This document shows positions 60,701 through 64,000 of a stretch of 64,000 nucleotides of DNA, in pieces. The translations under genes and the position numbers were made by a program. The DNA comes from Lingula anatina (Eukaryota; Animalia; Brachiopoda). A model generated the notes under the pieces. It made no database searches and was not told where the DNA came from. It saw only the letters and a program-made list of their open reading frames with translations. The stretch covers positions 13,268,001 through 13,332,000 of the forward strand of contig CM120645.1 in NCBI GenBank assembly GCA_051362555.1, in the 5' to 3' direction. Position 1 is the first letter of the stretch. Each line of letters opens with the position of its first letter.

Positions 60701-62609
60701 AGTAAATGAGAACAAACTAAACTGAAACTGAACCTAGGTGAGAATGTGTTTGGTGTGAATGTGTTAGCTGAGAATGTGTTAGGTGTGAATGTTTTTGGTG
60801 AGACAGTGTAAAAGCACAATCATACCACGGCAGCACCAACAATATAATGGCAGGCTGACATAACCATTGTATGTTCATGTGTCAGATACATGGTGGCTCC
60901 GAGCAGCAGACAAAGAGATGCCAGACAATCTGCCAGAGACAGGTGGAAGATAGGGTATACCTGGGACAATTAGAAAACATAAAATTTGTTTTTAAAAAAA
61001 TTACTATGAATCCAATATTTCATGTTTCTTTAATCTAAAACATAGAATGTTCAGCCTCAAAAAGGCTGATGTCACATACCTCAGCAACATGCTGCAAATC
61101 TTATATATATGGGTAAAACAAACTGGCAAAATGACAAGTGCACCGGGATTATTTTTCAATATTAACAGCTATGACTTTTGCTTAAATAACAGACTATATA
61201 AAAACAGCAAAGAACAAAATATAAAATCCTTTTTGTGTTTGTACATCAAAATTCACAATAAACTCAACTATATTGGTTGTTGCTTGAAAAGGTAACGTTT
61301 TCATTACCTCTGGTATGCAGATTTTTTTCTTTATTCCTGCATACACAAGAATGGAACCTGCTCCCAGTAAACTGAAAAAAAAAAAATTAGAACACTCTAA
61401 AGTGTTAATAAATTTATAGTACCATTCTACTCTTCATTAAGATAAGTCAGTGAAATCAGCTTTAGCATAATCCTATAGTCCTCGAAATTTCATCTATAGT
61501 ACATGAAACTATGCCATTGTTGCACTAGTCAATTTATCCTTTCATAGGTAAAATTAATGATTTGGTTACATGATCATAACTTTACATGTAATAATAATAA
61601 TAATCATAATAAAAAAAACCAATAATAATAGCAAACCTGAGTAAGCTCATTGCAAGATCAATACAACCAACCACCTTCATCTAAAATAAATTAAAAAATA
61701 AATAAAACATTTTGTTTTATGAATATATCCTGAGGTTTTGTGTAACCCTAAAAATATATATAACTTTAATATTATTTAGTGTCACCCTATCAATTTTATT
61801 AGCATTAGTGAGTAGTTCAGATAAACATCTAAAAAGAATCTTGCACAGATGCAAATATTTCATTTGATAATAGATAAAATTTCATTTGAAAATCAAATCT
61901 GAAGCCACTTAAACATACTTCTAATTACTGTAAAAATAAAAAATCTTCAAGAAAGTAGGTATGATTTCCACAGGTTAAAAAATTCCAAAAACAAATCAAA
62001 ACAAAACAAAAAAAACGAACTTTAATTTCCCCACCTTAAATCATCATTGTGTTTTCGTACCCCATCAAAACCACATAATAATCAAAATTAGCTAATTATT
62101 CTTTAGTCGCTACGTGCAGATTATAAATACTGATAATATACCCGACATGAAATAAAATTTATTGTATTGTATTGTATAACTCCTAATCTGTGCTTTAGCA
62201 TTTCTTTCAGCGTGACCTAGTTTGAACCACTTCAAGCTGGGTCATCTAAATCCATTACACTTACGTAAAGGGACAAACCAAGTGTACAGCAAGTCATATT
62301 GATATGGTCGGGTCACACCATGTCATTCTCCAAAAGGTGTGCAACTCTCACGTGATTTAATGGCATACAACTTTATCAAAATTTTCTAAAAATCGCCGTG
62401 GTCAGCAGCCCCACTTTTATTTCTTTAATTTAATAAATAAATTGACGTTTCTTTCTTTTCTTTGAGTTTGAACCAAGCGCCAGGTGACGTGCATAACTTT
62501 TCATAACAGTTTTCTTACAATCGTCACATGCATTTCTTTGCATTTTACTTACGTGTTCCTCTGTGAGCATATAAATGTCCAGGGAGCTGTTTGAAGACAT
62601 GCTGGCCAT
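56652..62609 (-). CDS. TMEM116: TMEM116-like (cAMP-receptor/GPR157-related 7TM) protein, 13 exons, ~344 aa
   Basis: Minus-strand exons 62609-62553, 61680-61637, 61371-61308, 60960-60826, 60098-59982, 59709-59675, 59383-59285, 58414-58375, 58198-58112, 57871-57820, 57526-57434, 56996-56923, 56789-56652 are phase-consistent. Peptides SLLGAGSILVYA, PEVYPIFHLSLAD, FLLTMTYA, YQLVFFFCWIP, QGLTAPLQGFFNSLVYGW. Confidence 0.8.
59089..59313 (-). repeat. 56-bp tandem repeat spanning TMEM116 exon end and 5' splice site (4 copies)
   Basis: cttac (reverse of GTAAG) at 59112, 59168, 59224, 59280; each unit contains the last ~28 nt of the exon. Confidence 0.92.
60735..60809. repeat. 15-bp minisatellite (~5 copies)
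   Basis: taggtgagaatgtgt-type unit repeated. Confidence 0.8.
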
Positions 62610-63028
62610 TTTGCAAATCGCAAAGCGCCAGAGACAACTCCACCTGTCAAGTCACTCACTGGCCTGCAGCGAAGTGCGCTGAAGGTGCGCGAGAGTACGC
62701 GTGACTTTGTTATGATCTCGCACTTACGAGATCAAACAACTTTATTTAAGAGCAAATTTAAAGATTAATATATCTGTATCGGTATAAAAATATCGATAGA
62801 TTTATTTCAGTAAAATGTGAGCTACTTATATGTGCCTTTTATTGAAAGTATAAGCAGAATTCAAATCATAGGTGGCGCTTTTAACAATTTTGTTTACATA
62901 GTAACCATCTTGACAACGAGCGAAATAAATAGCATAAGCAAAGGGAAGGAAGCCATTATTGAGAACTAAACGCTTTGCGTGTGTTATTGTACATTTTAAA
63001 ATTATTTAACTAGAATTATTTAACTACA
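62610..63028. promoter_or_regulatory. Bidirectional promoter TMEM116-like / PIERCE1
   Basis: Divergent ATGs are 420 bp apart, CpG-richer sequence, DRE TATCGATA at 62791-62798, forkhead TGTTTAC overlapping an RFX X-box-like GTTTACATAGTAAC at 62891-62905. Confidence 0.7.
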
Positions 63029-63639
63029 ATGGCCTCAAACCAAGTCACACAGAACCCACAGGTAAGAAAAGGGTACTAATGAAACTGGTATACATTCTTT
63101 GTTACTGAAAAAAATACTTTTCCCATAACCAAGTCATCACATATTTTCGGTATTATTTTATGTTATTTCTAAGCAGAAGTATAATGTAGATGTAGTAAGC
63201 CTGACGTGATTTTTTGAAACGCATAAATTGATTAAAGGTATAAATTCATCACCATTGTTATTTATGTTGTCTAGACGAAATCTGATTTAGTCCACAGTGA
63301 TTTTATCCAGAATATGAAGTATTTTTGTAAATTTGATGCTTGCAAGGTGTTTTAGTGTACAGTAGACAGCCTTTGTACGTGTAGGAGAAACCCTTTGATC
63401 CGCCCGTCTAATGAAGAGCTTCAATTGGGCCAAAAGAGGTATTGAATTTTGCTCTTCATAACCCTTTTATTCTTGTTGAACTCATGAATAAATAATTACT
63501 GACATTCTTTTTTTTTCGGGATTTTAGGTCGCAGCAGTTGAGGAGGTAGTGGATTTTGCGCCAGGAGGAGTTCCAAAAGGTGCGAAGACCTCTGATTATT
63601 ATAGGACAAAAAACATTCCAGATAGATTTGAACATCCTG
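63029..63639 (+). CDS. PIERCE1: Piercer of microtubule wall 1 (C9orf116) homolog, first two exons; 3'-truncated by window edge
   Basis: Exons 63029-63061 and 63528-63639 give MASNQVTQNPQVAAVEEVVDFAPGGVPKGAKTSDYYRTKNIPDRFEHP, matching the recalled PIERCE1 motif RTSDYYRV...LPGRFNNP. Confidence 0.8.
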
Positions 63640-64000
63640 GTAGGAATCCATTTTTATATTTTTGTATAGGACCAATATGTATAAGAAGGCAGCAAAAGTT
63701 TTTAAGAGCATTATGACCAGAGGAATTGATTGAAGACTTCTATTGCCAAAGCTGGACAAACATTCTTGTGGATCAATAAGCTCAAATACTAGTATAGCAT
63801 GAAATCCATGTGTTAAGACTCCTATTGACAATTTTTGATTCACGCAGTGCTACATTAGCAGAGTGTACACATAAAAAAGTCATCAATAGGAGTGCTGCTG
63901 CATGAATTTCAAGCTATATTAGTATTGATCACTTGTAGTAATTCCCCTGACCTACTGCATACCATTATTCCTGTCACAGTTGCCAATTATCCACCCTGAG

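Noticed and set aside
63496-63843. 115-aa minus-strand ORF
   Set aside because: Antisense to PIERCE1 exon 2 and intron; no motif support.

Overview
AT-rich, intron-rich animal genomic DNA, probably an invertebrate such as a mollusc or other lophotrochozoan (inference only). Genes were reconstructed by hand from GT-AG exon chains. (1) The 3' part of an LRRK2-like ROCO kinase on + (32 exons, 505-27739; LRR-ROC-COR-kinase-WD40). (2) Two intronless UDP-glycosyltransferase genes nested on the same strand inside an 8.9-kb intron that splits the LRRK2 kinase domain; each has its own TATA box and poly(A) signal, and Arg at the expected catalytic-His position. (3) A two-exon class A GPCR on - with a ~340-aa Cys-rich ectodomain. 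(4) A 117-aa stand-alone death-domain-like protein on +. (5) KLHDC10 on +. (6) A 13-exon TMEM116-like 7TM gene on -, head-to-head with (7) the first two exons of PIERCE1/C9orf116 on +. Repeats include two Helentron-type non-autonomous elements with internal satellites, several MITEs (some with 5-bp TSDs), a ~700-bp degenerate tandem repeat and micro/minisatellites. There are also two independent tandem arrays that multiply an exon end plus its splice donor, one in LRRK2 and one in TMEM116. Most short ORFs in the supplied track are exon fragments or spurious.
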